A stretch of DNA of 64,000 bases from Podarcis gaigeae (lineage: Eukaryota): NCBI GenBank assembly GCA_964106915.2, contig OZ066916.1; one strand, written 5' to 3'. Shown in pieces: positions 26,901 to 42,397 of the stretch. Within the stretch, counting starts at the first letter, position 1. The number at the start of each line of letters is the position of its first letter. A model generated the notes under the pieces. It was not told the DNA's origin and made no database searches. It worked only from the letters and a program-made list of their open reading frames with translations. The position numbers and the translations under genes are program-made.

Positions 26901-29900
26901 TCCACTTCTTTTCCCTTGTGGGTCTTTGTCTGCCTGATGGCAGTGCTCCTCTACTCTTTTAAATTGATGCAAGCTGCTTTGGGAGAGAATAATTGCCTGA
27001 AAAAGAGGTGGGTAAAAATATGGTTAAATAAATAAGCAAACTGTTTTGAATGCCACTGAATCAGCGAGTCTATGAGTGAACGTCAAACAATAGAGATTAA
27101 ATGTGATATGAGAGGATACTATTTTGTTGAATTGCTGCTGGGAAGAAAACGACCTAAACTGCTATAGTTAATGCAAGAAATGTATGGTCTAATGAAGCCC
27201 CAGTATAAAGAATACATTAATATTCCTTTTAGGTAGTCAAGTGTCATGAGGGCCAATGTCAGTGAGTAAAACAGGCTACTGCCTATAGCAGATCAGCCGC
27301 AAGGGAAAAAAGTGGGGGGTGATCATAAAACTATACATGAATTTTTCATGTACAGTTAGATAGTTTGTTATTTTAAGTTCTTCTAGCTTTCTTTGTATTC
27401 CCATAATATCTGATTTAATCTTAACAGGTAAATTTTAAAAGCTAGTGTTCAATTTCTCAAATAGTCATGAAGAGAGGTAACAGCCCTGCAAAATTCCAAG
27501 AGAAAGATGAAGTTACTAAAAACAAAACCCCACTATTTCTTTAAATATTGGCTTAAAAAAAATAAAACCTCTCCAAAAATACTGGAGAATTCTCAAAAAC
27601 AAACAAACATAGGTACAGTACATTTTCCTCAGTGCATGGAAATGAGACACAGTTCTCTCCAATAATAAGTGCTTTGCAATTTGAAAAGTGTAGCTATTTC
27701 AGTTGTATTCATGAGGCAATTACCGTATTAATGACCACTAAACAAAATGAACCAAGGAAGCACAGGGTTCTCTCCCGCTTTTTCATACTGTGAACTTTCT
27801 GAAGGCTCATATTTTAAATGCATATCTAAAACACATTGATTTAATGAAAACTTTAATTTATTTTCCAAACTGGGCTACCAGGTTACAAATAGAGCAGCTC
27901 TGCTTTATTTGTTATGCTGCTCAAGATTGAATGAGGCGCCTTAGACTTTCGCAACCTCATTTTTCAAAAATAATGGGAGTACTGGATGGTCTGCACTTGA
28001 ATGTCTGATATAATTTACTGTCACGGCCTTGGAAAGGGGATCTTAACAGAGCAGCCCCTGGGTGGCAACATGTGGACAGATGTGTCACCCACCAACACAA
28101 ACCCACGAGCCTGTCTTGACTGTGATGACTGCAGATTACCAAGAATTTATTTAGCAAGATTAGTTAAAGAAAGGAATATGACTTTGATTTCTCAGCAGAT
28201 GGGATATATCATTTAGGAAATGCTGGATCCTTGCTTTCTTTAGTGGACTTGCTTTGTGCTGTGTGATAGGCTACAGGGAGGACAGAAGTATCTCTGCACT
28301 AGTAGTGGCAGGCCATTAGTGGCCTGTTTTGGCTTTGACTTGGGGAGACTGATCTCCTCCTTTGCTGAGTTGGTCAGGTTAAGAGTATAAAAAGAGTCCT
28401 GCTGGATCAGACCAGTGTCTCATTTAGTTTGGCCAACCAGATGCCTATGGGAATCCCACAATCAAGACCTGGTTAAGTTCTTAAGGGAGGAGTTGGACAG
28501 ATCTAGAGAGACAACTTCTCCAGACCTAGAGAGACTTGGCATCTCCAAGTAGGGTTGAGACATTCTCCTGCCTGGTACCTGGCCTGGAGAGCCACTGCCA
28601 GTCAGAGTAGACAATACTGAAGTAAGGAGACCAACAGTATGACTTGATAAAAGGTTTTAGCAGACCCAACCATTGTTTTCATGCCCTGCTTGCCTTGCTA
28701 CTGCTAAGCTAGAATAAAGCAAGTTGTGACTGACTTCTCCCCTTCTGCCATCAAGGATGTCCTGTGTAATTTCTTTCCTCCATCTAGCTACTCTCCTCTT
28801 TGCCATTGTACAAATAACAATATGGGTGAATCGAGGGGATATTTGAGCCAGTTCAAATATTCGTTTGTTTTCCCCATTTTCCAGCCTACAGGCATCTATT
28901 TATGTATTAAACATGTTACCAAGGGGATGCAGTACAAACCTTACATACCCCCTGAAAATGCAAGGGAGGGGGGTTGCTTGGTTGAATGCATTTCCACACT
29001 CAAGCTTCCCATTATATGTAAGACTAATATATATCAGGCAGAAGGCTTCCAGTCTAGCTTTCCCTCTAATGCCTTAGCTTTACAAATAAGGGACATTTTT
29101 GCATGGGCACATTAATTCAAGTATGTGGTTCTCTTCTACCTCATAAAAAACTAGTGTTATCTTGTGCACCTTCAAGATTGCTGTGATCTAAGCTCTACCA
29201 GTGTGAGCCAACCAGCCTTATCTATCCAAGCTTCTCTCTGTTGGATATTGTAAGAACACTATGACCCTAAGATTTAAGTGTGCATTGAAAAACCCTCCCT
29301 TTAGCTACCAAACTTGGATCTTAACTAGTCCTCTGCTAATGAAAGGGCTGCTTACATTCATGGAGGGAGCTGGTATCTAGCAGAGTATGGGGTGGTATGA
29401 CATTTTCTTTGCTCATCTCTCCTTTCCCCAGCAGCTGGCAATGCTGCTGTGGAGCACCATTCATAACTCTCTGCGGCAGATTGGCAAGGGGAAAAGGGAG
29501 GTTACTGAAAGTCACTTCTCCACTTCCATTAGTGAGAGAGTCTCGTGATCAGAATTCCACTCACATGTCATTCCCACCTGCAGAAGCTTGCTTAGGCTGC
29601 ACTCCAAATCCCACTTACCTGCAAATAAGCCCCTTTAATTTAAAGAGCACTTCTTTCTGAGTAGACATCATTAGGGTTGCAACCTTAGGATCTAAGTCAA
29701 TGATTTGTGAGCAGAGCAAGGTGCTTCAGGAGGTGGCGCATGATTGCATGGTCCATGATTAGCTAGAACTCCCAAGGTAGCTGGTGTTCAGTTCACATAT
29801 GACCCAAGACAGACCTATCTGAGACTTTTCCATATTAAGCTCAGAGTGGAGTTATGTTAGAGGGTCGAGGTACATTCCACAAGTGAAAATGAAGGACTTT

Positions 29901-31299
29901 TAATGGGGTTATGCTGTTCATATCAGTCACAATTCCAACATGTCAACGTGCTTTTTTCTCATAACCCTTTCTAAATTCCCAATATTTTATTTTGTTTGTT
30001 TTGCCTTTTAAATCAGCACTTAAACAACAACAACACAAGCCTTTTTAAATTGTAGGAGACAATAGGGGAATGGAGGGAATGTAGGGAAATTGGATGACCC
30101 TTTCTGACTTTTGTGATTCTGCTAAGATACGTTTGTGCAATATATAGAAATGAAAAACTAGATATGGCAGGATACTGAGGGGTGCAAAGAGCAGCTGCTA
30201 AATATTTGATGCAGGCATACTCTTCTGTGCTAAAGTTACTCATTGGTTGGGGATAGGAGGGGGAATAAGTCCTAACTTTTGCAGCAAATGGGGTTTTGTT
30301 GTTCGATGTCAACAATATAGAACGAGGGACTTTGATAACTAGTCCCAGATATATTTCATGGCAGGTTGCCAGAAGAGAGAGTGGCTGGCCTCATCTCTGT
30401 TGCCGCTTGAGTGTCATCATTGCTAATGGCCAGAAGGCAGTTCTGTAGATATTTAGTCAGCAGAGGTAAGGTGACATAAGGGGCCAATGTTGATTCCAAA
30501 TGGCACTTTAAAAAGCCTCTGATTCCGCTTTGACAACCCATCCTTTGGGTAAAAATCAAGCTTTCTTCAGACTCTCCCTACAGGCTTTGCTGGCTTTCAG
30601 CTCCCAATCCACCCACCTGTCAGCCCAGCTATGCACTAATTCGCTTGGCTGCCAGCTTTATCCATGAGCTTTATTGCACCTTCTCCAGACTGCCTGCGCC
30701 AATATTTGTAAAAAAAAGATAGCAAGCTGTGTGGAGTGCACCACCCGTGATCCTTCAGCTGCTGCTGAACTACAACTTATATCAGCCCTAGTCAGCATGG
30801 CCAATGGTCAGAGATGATGGGAGTTGTACTTCAGCAACAGCTAGAGGGCTGTGGCTTAGCCACCCCTCTTATTGTCATTAATGCAAATATATTAAATGAA
30901 ACCTGTGGCAAACTTACACACCTCCTTACACATGGAAAATTTAATCAATTTCAATGGCATTATTAGAACTGCAGCCTTATTTTAAAATGCTCGCATGGCT
31001 TCCAATAACTCATCGAGTTCTGTGTTCATTTCAGAGCATCGTATCTTCATGGTTTGTTGGGCTACCTTTGCACTTAGCAGTAAAGCTTAGTAGCATACAG
31101 CATATATTAGTTGTGATTCTCAAATTGGCAGCCCTTTGGATAGTCTCATATGCCCAGGGCAGAATATCATCCACACCAGGCTCTTGGTTTAAAGTGAAAT
31201 TACCCTTAATGATGAAAGTAACTTGGGTTTTGAAAGAAGCTCAGGATTCTGTCACTTTCATTAAATGAACCACAGGAGACACATTTCAGAATGGGCAAA

Positions 31300-31980
31300 T
31301 TGGAATCAAACCTGTCAGCAACCTGGCTGCAGCATTTTGTCCCAAATGCAGTTTCTGAACACTTTTCAAGGGTAGTCCCACACAGTAATCCAGTGTAGAG
31401 GATGAGAGTACATCAGTAACAATATAGTGCCCTCTGGATGTCATTGGACTCCAACTCCCATGATCCCACCCCTGCTGCCAGGGGCTGATGGGAGTTGGAG
31501 TCCAACAACAGAACATAATAATCTGCCTCAAACCAAGTCAGATTAACAGTCAAACTGGCCCAGTATTTTTCTTTACACTAACTAGTGGCAGCTCTCCGGG
31601 GTTTCAGGGTGAGGTCTTTCCAGGCCTACCTTAACATTCTGGAAAGTCAAGGTGGGAACTGTGTGCCAAGCAGATGCTCTACTACAGAGCTATGACCCTT
31701 CTGCATACACCTAGAAGGTACCACATTGGCTTCCCTTTCACTAGTGCATGAATGACTGTGGCAAGGAAAGTTCTTAGTTGGCAAACTAGCCAAAGATGGG
31801 ACAAGGCACTCTTCACAACCAATGCTACCTGCCTATCCAACAGCAATGCATCAAGGAATACTCCCAAGCTAAGTACCTGATCTTTCACAGGAATCTCAAC
31901 TCTATCCAAGACAGACTGCAAACTCAAACATGAATCATCAACAATTTCCGTTTAATCTGGATTGAACCTCTACCACATCT
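31300..31980 (-). mobile_element. L2-type fragments interrupted by a MITE (~31420-31530) and a tRNA-SINE (~31550-31700)
   Basis: [28 protein letters not shown] and QVLSLGVFLD peptides. Boundaries approximate. Confidence 0.6.
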
Positions 31981-34900
31981 AGTCCTTCACACTCGGGGGC
32001 TGGCATATAGATACAGGTATGGATAAAATACTGTGACAAATGCAGGCAATTCCCGAGGTAGTACATCTGGATGAACATAAACTATGCATTGCTTGAGAGA
32101 GACTAAAGCCCCTGAAGAGCATTGAAAACACACAATGTGTCTCAAGGTGCCGGATTATGCATTAAGAGATATTTCACATTTGAAGATGCTTGAAACCACC
32201 ATGAGATGAAAACTCCCTATTGGCCGAATCTCTGGGGAAGTCTGTGTGATTTGCTTACTTTAAAAAGGGTATATGGAATTCATCATGCTAATAAAATAAC
32301 ATCAGGGAATTTATATTTTTCAATAGAAGATAATATGTGAGGTCATTCAGCCTTCCTGTATTGCTGCGGAGAAGTGTTTTAAAATTTCTATTTATCAATA
32401 ATCTTTCTGGAGGAAGCTACAATAACTCTTACTTGTTTTGCCTTAAGGATATTCCTATCTCTCCAAACCATGCTAGAGGTTCCCATATTAATCTTAAAGC
32501 TGCTGCTCATCCTCATGAGTTTTGCTGGACTTCCAGGAGTCTACATGCTCTATGCATACTGCAGTTTATTATAATACTTTTATATGTTCACAGATATATC
32601 TGATGCATTCCTTTGGAATTGAGTTAGTAATGCAGATTGGCCATATCCCAGAAACACCAGATTGTTTCTAAGTAATAGTTGATCTGGCAGTTCTGCCTCT
32701 CAATCTCAGCAAAATGGTTCAGTCTATTGTGAAGATGGGAAACAACTATCCATATTTGGCTCTGTAAAAACTACATCGTGGTCTTGGAGTGTTATCAAGC
32801 TGTGTGTGAGGGAGGTGATCCCACTTTTAGCAGGGAGTGGAGGGATGAGACAGGACTCAGAATTGAAGCTGTGTAGATCAAATGGGTATCCTGTCCAAGT
32901 TGGTGAAATGGGGGATGTCAGCAGCATCCTATGGCTCCTGAGCCATCCTCCTAAGGAGCAGAAGCTTATCCCCTCAGGTATTAAAGGTGCTTTTGTTGTT
33001 CTGCAAATCATGGATGTTCTAGAAAGCATCCTTCACTGGGTATTAAAATTGGGTTGTTGCATGCCTGTCAGTTTAGAAGTCAAATAAGGCCACTCAGAAG
33101 TATGTTGCTATGGTATGACTTTTACCTACTCAGGTGACTCCATATGTCTATAGATGTGTAGGTGTGAGCTTCTATGAGCTGAGAACTTCCAGAACCTATG
33201 GAATGCTGAGGTCAAAAGCATAAGATGTATGTGTGTAATTGACCTACCTGCAATATATGTATTTTAAAACAACACAGGTACTGTATGACAACAACAACAA
33301 CAAATTTCAAAAAGAGATTAAAAATACTAGATTATTTCCACCTCATTGGCTAGAGATGTTTGACTTCATAGTCAAAAACAGAAATTCTCACCTTTGCTGC
33401 TAACATTTGTTTGAGATAGCTGTCCAATCACATGCGTACTAAAATCCTGGATTTCTTCATTACTTTTATTAAGCAACTCTCACTTTTTCCTCAGGGGAGA
33501 ATTTCCCTCTCTTAAAATAAGTTTCCAAAGATAAAGCACAAACCAATCTGAAACTCTAGCCAGATACATCTTAATCCCATTATGTGGGAAACAATTAACT
33601 CATAAGCCACCATTCATGTGTTGGTTCTGCAAAAGATTGATTCACTGTCCCCTGTTGTAGCTTCATGGTCTCTCTTGATTTCATCAATGAATTTGATCTT
33701 ACCTCTGGGAATGTCTTCTCACATACGAACCCTGTTCTTTGAAATAAGCTGGTGAGACCTTACACTAGGCTTCCTTCCTGAAATGACACTGTGGGGCTTG
33801 AGGCAAGAAGGCTCCCACAGGTGGCATTACAGCTTTGGAGTCTGATTCTCAGTAAGAGATGTCAGGCCACATCAGTGATGAGATTTAGACTTAGAATGGA
33901 TTTTAAAAACACATTTCCTTGCATTGCAAATGGTTATGCAGCTATTTTAGCCATGATCTTTCATCAGTTACTTTAAATCCCATTGTTTTAATTGTTGAGT
34001 TGGTTTCTATGGGATGCACATTACCTTGGGTGTCCTTCAGGCAGAAGGAAGATTATCCTTTTTTACCGAAAACATATCATAAAGCTCACATGTCCACAGG
34101 TTTTGTTTTTTAAAAAATAATACTGGAACTAATGTAAACACAATGTAACACATAAATGAACTGTGTAAAGGTAACAGAGATCATACATGTAGAAAACCAT
34201 GGCAAATAAGCCCACAAAAAATGGTCCTTGGATTCTTGCCGTCGTCTCTTTGCACAAGGTGTCTTTGCCTTTTCAGAAGTAGGGCAACTATCAGCCCTGA
34301 AAGCGTCTAGCATTCCCAGTGGGGTCTTATTCTAACTTTAACTTTCATATAATAAACTAAAACACTAGAGTCCTTTAATTCAGTCTGTGTAGCAAGCGGG
34401 TCAATTGCCTTTTTCAGCCTGGTATTATTTTAATCTTACATGCCTCTTAGCATGCAAGCTTTAGATTCAGCTGGAAAAAAATTCCATTCTAGACAATTCA
34501 TGGGATTTTGCTTTGTTCTGGCAGGGTTTTAACGCAATAGTAATTGGAAAATTAAATCTTCAAATGCAGTGTTAGAAATCTTCACAGCAGGATGCAAATG
34601 TGCATGTCTGTCTATACCTCTGAAACCAGTCTCTCTCCTGTTTCTTATACTTGCTTGTGTGACTGGGAAGTAAGGAATTTAAGGCATTGAAATACAGTCC
34701 AAACCAACATATATATGCATATATATGGAGGGGGGGGGGGCTGAGAGCTGGTTGAAGAAGGGGAAAGAATGACTGATCTTTATGCATGAGATAATAGATG
34801 AGCCTGGAATGACCTGTTTCCACACACCCCTCCCCTTTCCCTCCTTCATGCGGTAAAACAGCGTTGAAGAAAGAGGGCAGTCGCGTACAGCCCATCTCCT

Positions 34901-35582
34901 TCGATTCGCCTGTACCAGACTGTGGCAAAGGGAAATGTGAACAGGAGAACTGGCAATGAACGCCTCGGACACGGAAAGGAACGACCAGCCTCACCGATTC
35001 GGATTCAGGTAGGTCTTGAGTTTAATCCTCCAAAAGGGACCGGCGCGAACCATAACATTGCAGGCAAGAAAGCCAGACAAAAAGACCTTCCTTATCCATT
35101 AGATTTCAACCGGATTCGGCTTCCTGTGATCAGTTTCACTGGATTCCGTAGATGTGTGTGTTTTTGTGCGTGCGCAGGGAGCATCGGCACTTGCTACACA
35201 CAGTACCGTCCTTCTGCCCGCTTTCATCTCTCGCCTTTCTCCCCTCTCCTGTCCTTCAGAGATATGGGGAGAGAGACCGAAGGAAGGTGGGTGGGGGGAG
35301 GTGGCAACTAGAAATCTGGCTTGCTTCATAGAAACCCACCAGCAGCGCTTCATTCCATTAAAAGCCTTTCAGAGAGAGGGTGGGGAGAAGAGGCTGCTGC
35401 AACTGGAATTCTCTGTATGTATTTCTACTATGTCTTTTCGGGGACTGGATAATAGTCGGTGGGTGGGTGGGTGCAAAAGACCAAAGCAACGGGTGCAAGA
35501 AGTTATTGGGGCAAAGAGCGCAGCATGGCTGCAGATTCTGTTGCACCGAACGGAGGAAATCGCTAGGGATCGGGTTGCCGTG

Positions 35583-35603
35583 GACGTTGTCCAGGGTGCT
35601 GAA
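35583..35603 (-). promoter_or_regulatory. RE1/NRSE (REST binding site)
   Basis: Minus strand TTCAGCACCCTGGACAACGTC versus consensus TTCAGCACCACGGACAGCGCC; left half-site perfect, GGACA core intact, canonical 2-nt spacer. Confidence 0.88.
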
Positions 35604-35825
35604 ATCCATAGCAATCCCTGCCCGTGCAACAGGGAGCCAAGGCAGCCGAGCGAAGCGAAGCATACCCGACTTTCCAATCAGCAATTATCTCCAACGAGCG
35701 GCCGATCGCCTTTTAAATCGCATTAAACTACTTAAACTCTAGCCGCCTGGCTTGTCACCTCTCCTGCCCAAAGTCTGCATGAAAAGCAAGCGGTGCCAGA
35801 AAAGCACATCAGGACTTTGCCTGCG

Positions 35826-35839
35826 GTTGCCTTAGTAAC
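35826..35839 (+). promoter_or_regulatory. RFX X-box
   Basis: GTTGCCTTAGTAAC fits GTNRCC-N(0-3)-RGYAAC. Confidence 0.75.
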
Positions 35840-36679
35840 TAATATGTATTTCCCACAGCTTGCATAGTTGTCTCTTTTGTCGAACTACAGCTTTCCTCCT
35901 TTCAAAACCCAAAGATTAATCTAGCTGGGAAAGGCTGTATCTTGTAAGGGTTTTTAAGAATTCTGTCTTGACCTTTAAATGACATTTTCTTTTCTGAAGA
36001 TTCTACACAGAAGCGCACATCTTTCTCAAGATGTTGAAACTAGCATAGTTTTCTTGTTCTTGACTTAATAATGAAGGGTTTTTTTAAAAAAAATCTAATT
36101 AAAGACATAAGGAAGTTCTCAAACTTGTAAAGGCTTTTCTTTGCTTTAAGTGTCAGAATGCAGGTAACAGCATTTTGCCTTAGTAGATAAGGGATACCAA
36201 TTTCAGCACATGGAGGTGGTTAGGTATAAACGAATATATGAAGTCACACACTGCACTCTGTTTATATACGCAAGATTCTTCATATATTACATATGCATGC
36301 ATGCAACAAGGCATCACTACTTTATTGTGTGTGTATGCAGACACCCACACTCACACCTACGCAGTGTTGGTCTCAGTAGTATAACTGTGCCTTGTTACTC
36401 TCTCCCTGCTTTCTCTCCTTGAGATCTGAAATCGAAAGGCACCTGCTATTTGGATCCATTTGATCTGGTGTCTGCTAATATTCCAGGCAGGTGGGGAGAG
36501 ATGTTCATGAAGAAAATGACCTTTACTGAGCTCTGCTTTGACATATTTTCAGCTGATCAATGTGTTCTGTTCTTTCTTCCTATGTCAACAGGCTACAATT
36601 CACTCCTATGATGACTTCTGTTGCCCCTCCAGGCGATTTGCTTTAAGGGCACACTGTAATGGGTTTTGGAGGCACTTGA

Positions 36680-37519
<840 letters not shown>

Positions 37520-37940
37520 TAATTGCTCCTGTAGGGCATTTCAGGTATAAATCACTTTGTTGTTTCAATCCAACTTTAACCCTAAAGGATTGGCAACATT
37601 CTTCCAATTCTGAGAAACTGCTGCTATGAAGGAGTGACTTCATATCAGAAGAGAAGAGGGTCTTGATCCAACTTCAAGGTTCAAGTCGAAACCATTTAAC
37701 TCGGCTAGATGTGTACATTACTTATGATCTCTTCCTTTTGCTTTGAACTAGTCTTTCTCTTACAACCATAGACAGCTCCCCACAGAACTTTCCTGTAGTA
37801 TAATGAGCTTTGCTAAATAAGCATATATAATAGATATATTTTGGCTCTCATCTCATTAATTTTAGCTCTCAGACCATTAATTATCAATGATTTTAGAAAA
37901 GATAAGAGAGCTGTACTGTACCTATACATTGCTTAGGGTG

Positions 37941-37998
37941 TATTATTATTATTATTTTTAGTAGTAGTAGTAGTAGTAGTACAGTAGTAGTAGTAGTA
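37941..37998 (+). repeat. Compound (TAT)n/(TAG)n microsatellite
   Basis: Read directly from the sequence. Confidence 0.9.
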
Positions 37999-40900
37999 AA
38001 GCTTTTTGGGGAATATTCATCTTCCCATCAGTGGGACAAGCCTCTATTGGTCTTTTATTAGCAATCAACTTTTCTCCTGATTAATGGACAGCTAACTCCC
38101 CAAAGACTAAATATTTAAGCATGACAGAGTGAAACTGTTAGCTAACAGCTTTTTTGATTCCATGCTCTTGAGATAGAAGTTGAACAACTAGAAGAGGAAA
38201 CATGCACACCCACACTCACACATCCCTGATATGTGTAGTGTTACTTTGTACTTAAACCAACCTTTTTACCTCTTCCTCACAGAGACTGAATACTGTAATT
38301 CCAATTTCAAGCAGTCTTTCATATCTAATTAAGTAGGTAGCAGATGTGGAATTCTACAGGCAAAGTTAATAATGGCATGTACAAATCATTCTCAAAGAAA
38401 AAGTGCCAGCTCAGTAATGAAGTTTATAGATTTTCGATGAGGCAAGTTCTGCAGGCTTGCCTTGAAGAGAGGGAGAGAAAAAAAGATGTCTTTCATGTCA
38501 ATTGTATTTTTGCTCTAGTGAGCACCAAGGTTGTTTTTAAAAATAAAATATGGGCATTTGACCCCTAGGAAATCTGTTATCTCTAGACACTAGACGGGCA
38601 GCAAGGATGAGAGCCAAAAATATTGTTGTTACATATTTCATAAAATGAACTGATGTGGGCAAAGATCTCTTAGAGTGAAAGTATCCAAAAGAATTAATAG
38701 TCATAATGTGTTGATGCTTTGTGAATTGCCAGATAATATTATCTTTTAGTGACTACAAGGAAGAAGTTTACTATACTTTAAAACTATAGTGAAGGAATTG
38801 GGGAGAAATGTTATTAGAAAATATAAGCAATAATTTATAGCTAGATCATGACAAATAGATAAAAAATAATTAAAGTTGTCCACTAGGGGAAATGTTCTAC
38901 TTTGATATGATCTGTTTAAATAATAACTGACTTTTTACATGCAAAATTTTGACTTCTTAAGCATTGCCTTTTGAATTTCCTGTTATACTGAGGTTTTCAA
39001 TGTCTTTTTGTCATAACAAATAGGATTTTTCATGAACTTTTTGTGATCAAATAATAGCTGAAAGAAACAAATTACAAGTATAGACTTGACTCATGAAATA
39101 AGGCAGCCTTCAGTTAGTCGTAGGTGATTTGACTTAGAGTGGTGTTAGCCATTAAAAATGTGGAATCAGCCTGTTTTTTTGAAATGTGTTAAGCAAAGGG
39201 AATAAGTATTCATGGAGTTCATTCTGTGGCAGCCTAGGAATAAAATAACTGTAACTCATCCCAGTTGTTGCATACACCTGGCACTCAATTACAACACTGT
39301 TTGTGGATATAGCTGGATCTTGTGGCAGGTGAAGGAGAAGACTATTCTTTATTTATCACATATGCTATTTCCTCCTCAAAAGTAAATGGGGTCAATAAAT
39401 CATTCTAATAAATGTGTTTTAAAATCAGTGCATGCTGTAAAGCCTAGGCGAAGGGTATGATACTTTCACAAGTAATTGCATATACTGCTTGAAAAATCTT
39501 TCAATAAGCTGCCCTCTTAAAGTGAAAATATTCCTTAGCAGGAAGTAATTCAAAAGTAACCTCCCCTTCTGCTATGATATTTTTGGGATTTGGGGCTCAA
39601 GTCTGCTTTGCAACATGCTGACTTCTGACTGTGCGCCATCATAAATGTTTCACAGATACAATTGCTGTGGGCATTTTTGTTTACACCCAACATATTTGCA
39701 ATGTAAGATGTGTATCCTGATCCCATGCATATTCACTTGAAAGTTTGGTGGGACTTACATAGTTCCATCTAGGATCCCAATGAAACCTAATTAAGGAAGA
39801 AATAATACTGAATTTGCAATATTCTTGGGGTTTTCTACTCTCCAAAATTCCAACAAGATTATGACGCTTCTTTCTGTAAACTACATAAGGTGTTGAGATC
39901 ATCATCATAATCACTATCCTGTTTTGAAACAAGGAAAGCAAATACCCCAAAGATAGTGAGAATGGCTGCACCTCTCTTCAGTTTGCCGTCTTGGGGGTTC
40001 TCTTGTTTATATGTTATATAAGCATCAGTAAAAGAGCTATTAGAATTTAAATGCCTCTCCATTTTGTACAATTCACAATAAAGATATACTGTACTTAATT
40101 GTTTTATGGTGTTGCCCATTGGACAGGAGATAATGAAAGACTATTGATTTGACCCTCACTGCTGATTTAAGAACAACTTTGTGTTGGACTAGATATGACA
40201 TTCACAACTGGATCACAATTAGATCACCCGAAAGAAGTTAAAAGAAGTTGCAGTGGGTGAAAATTGGGTCAGTGCAACAGTACTAGCAGAGGCAAGTTAT
40301 TCCAATCCCTCATGCTATTTTCCCCAAACACCAAATGTGGCTTATCCTGTAGGGGAAAACATACAAGAACAAAACTGGTATCTGATGTTTCCCCAGGGGT
40401 CAAATAATAGTTCGGAGAGATTATTCAGATTGAAAAAGGGATCAGCTACCCACTTCCACAATGCCACAGCTCTGATGTGATGTGATGGCACCACGGGTGG
40501 TTTTAAATTTAAACAGAGTGGGAGATTTTGATCACAGATCTCTCACACCTCATCTAGTGGCACTCTGAACTGTATAACTGTTGATAAGAGAGTGTACCAT
40601 TATTCTGTACTGTGATTCTTTAGAGAAAAATATTCAGTTTAAACTTGATGTCGCCCATATCTGGTGCTGATGTGAGTTTCCTTTTGTTAAACTGCACTAG
40701 TGTTTTGTACATAGGAATGGCGTTTTCACACATGAGGTGTCTTAAGTAGTTCTTGTTTCAGTGCTTTGCAGTGTGGATGCAAAGCCTACATTGGCCAGAA
40801 TGCTTCCTCGCAAGTCAAGTGCCTCTCAATCTCAATGATCAGACTTGACATAAACAGCGTGAGAGATGCTTCAGTGGTGATTTAAGTCTCATGTCTGAAA

Positions 40901-42038
40901 GCATTCCATGATTAGTCATCTCCAGAAAGACAGTTAAGCAACCAAATATCCTTGGACTTTTGGAGGAGATTAGTGCTTATACTGGGGGCAGAGAATGCTT
41001 CCTTTTTAAACTACTTGTTTCCAAGAGATGAGACATGTTAAAGTCTGAGCATTATTCCTGTTTCAGATCAGGAAAAACCCCGCCAGATTTTATTTTTTTA
41101 ATAGTTTAGTAGTAATACCCTTAATGTAGCAATATAAGGTGTGTGAGTGTGTGAGTGTGTGGCTTGACTCATAGTCTGATACTAAACTCGCTTTGAGCTC
41201 ACCTTCCCACTTCACATATGTTTCAGCTGGTGATCAGTTGCTGTTGCTCAGTTCCAAACAGGGATACATTAATGAATCTTCTAAATAGGTTAGTTATTTG
41301 GTTTCCTGGTTTCATCAGATCCTTTCCCCTACAGTATTCCACACAGGCCTTCTCCCCTCCTGGGGCAAATTTTGAGGGTTTTGGAAATATTAGAAAATTT
41401 CCATTGGAAATATTAGATTGGGGTGCAGCATTCATATGGATATCTCAGGAAAAATCCAGTAAGTTTTTCTTGAGATTTCAAATGGAATCTGTGTTTTTGA
41501 GTAGTCTGAGGGCACATTGTGTAGCTCAGGAGATCTGGATCTGGTTAGTGCTGGGATGCAAAACCACCTAAGGACACTAGGGATTCTAAGGGACCTGCCT
41601 TGAATTCCCAAAAAAGATGGAAAGGGATGTGAAATAAACAAATAATGTTTTCACCATGGATGCATTATAGGATAATGCTATATTGCAACTAATTTTTGAT
41701 TATGTGTTGTATCCAACTAGGTTCTACTCAGAGTAGACCAGGTGAAATCAACAGACAAGTTAGTCATGTAAATTAATTTTAGTGAGTCTACTCTGAGTAG
41801 GCATAGCTCTGGCTATAGTCCTATGGCCACAGGTAGAAACACTCTGTAGCAAAAGAGATGTTTTAAAGACACCACTGTATCTTTTACCTTGGTAAATATG
41901 CAGCTTTTTCTGGGTCTTGGGAGTGGGTAGGGATTATACATTAATGTTTCAGTCAGTTTATTTTAGCTTGTGCAAGTATGCAGTAGCCATTTAGGTGATA
42001 ACAGTGATCCAGTTTGGGTAAGGTACCACAAACACAGT

Positions 42039-42397
42039 GGAACGCAGGTGGCACTGTGGTTTAAACCACTGAGCCTAGGGCTTGCCTATCAGAAGGTTGG
42101 TGGTTCAAATCCCCGCAATGGAGTGAGCTCCCATTGCTTGGTCCCTGCTCCTGCCAACCTAGCAGTTTGAAAGCACGAAGTGCAAGTAGATAAATAGGTA
42201 CCACTCTGGTGGGAAGGTAAATGGCATTTCCGTGTACTGCTTTGGTTTGCCAGTAGCAGCTTAGTCATGCTGGCCACATGACCCGGAAGCTGTCTGCGGA
42301 CAAACGCCAGCTCCCTCGGCCAGTAAAGCGAGATGAGCGCCGCAAGCCCAGAGTCGTCCGTGACTGGGCCTAGCAGTCAGGTGCCCCTTTACCTTTT
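42039..42397 (+). mobile_element. Full-length Sauria SINE
   Basis: tRNA-like head with GGTTCAAATCCC B box; ACCTTT-type tail; TSD CACAAACACA (42027-42036 / 42400-42409); reverse-complement homology to 58447-58777. Confidence 0.88.

Larger units (their letters stand above)
34830..35850 (+). promoter_or_regulatory. GRM1: GRM1 promoter / 5' non-coding exon region (CpG-enriched)
   Basis: Local CpG enrichment 1-2 kb upstream of the GRM1 ATG; candidate donor CAG|GTAGGT after 35008; contains RE1 and X-box. Confidence 0.65.

Noticed and set aside
34572-35742. ORFs of 100-190 aa upstream of GRM1
   Set aside because: They overlap on both strands in the promoter region and have no domain similarity I can recognise.
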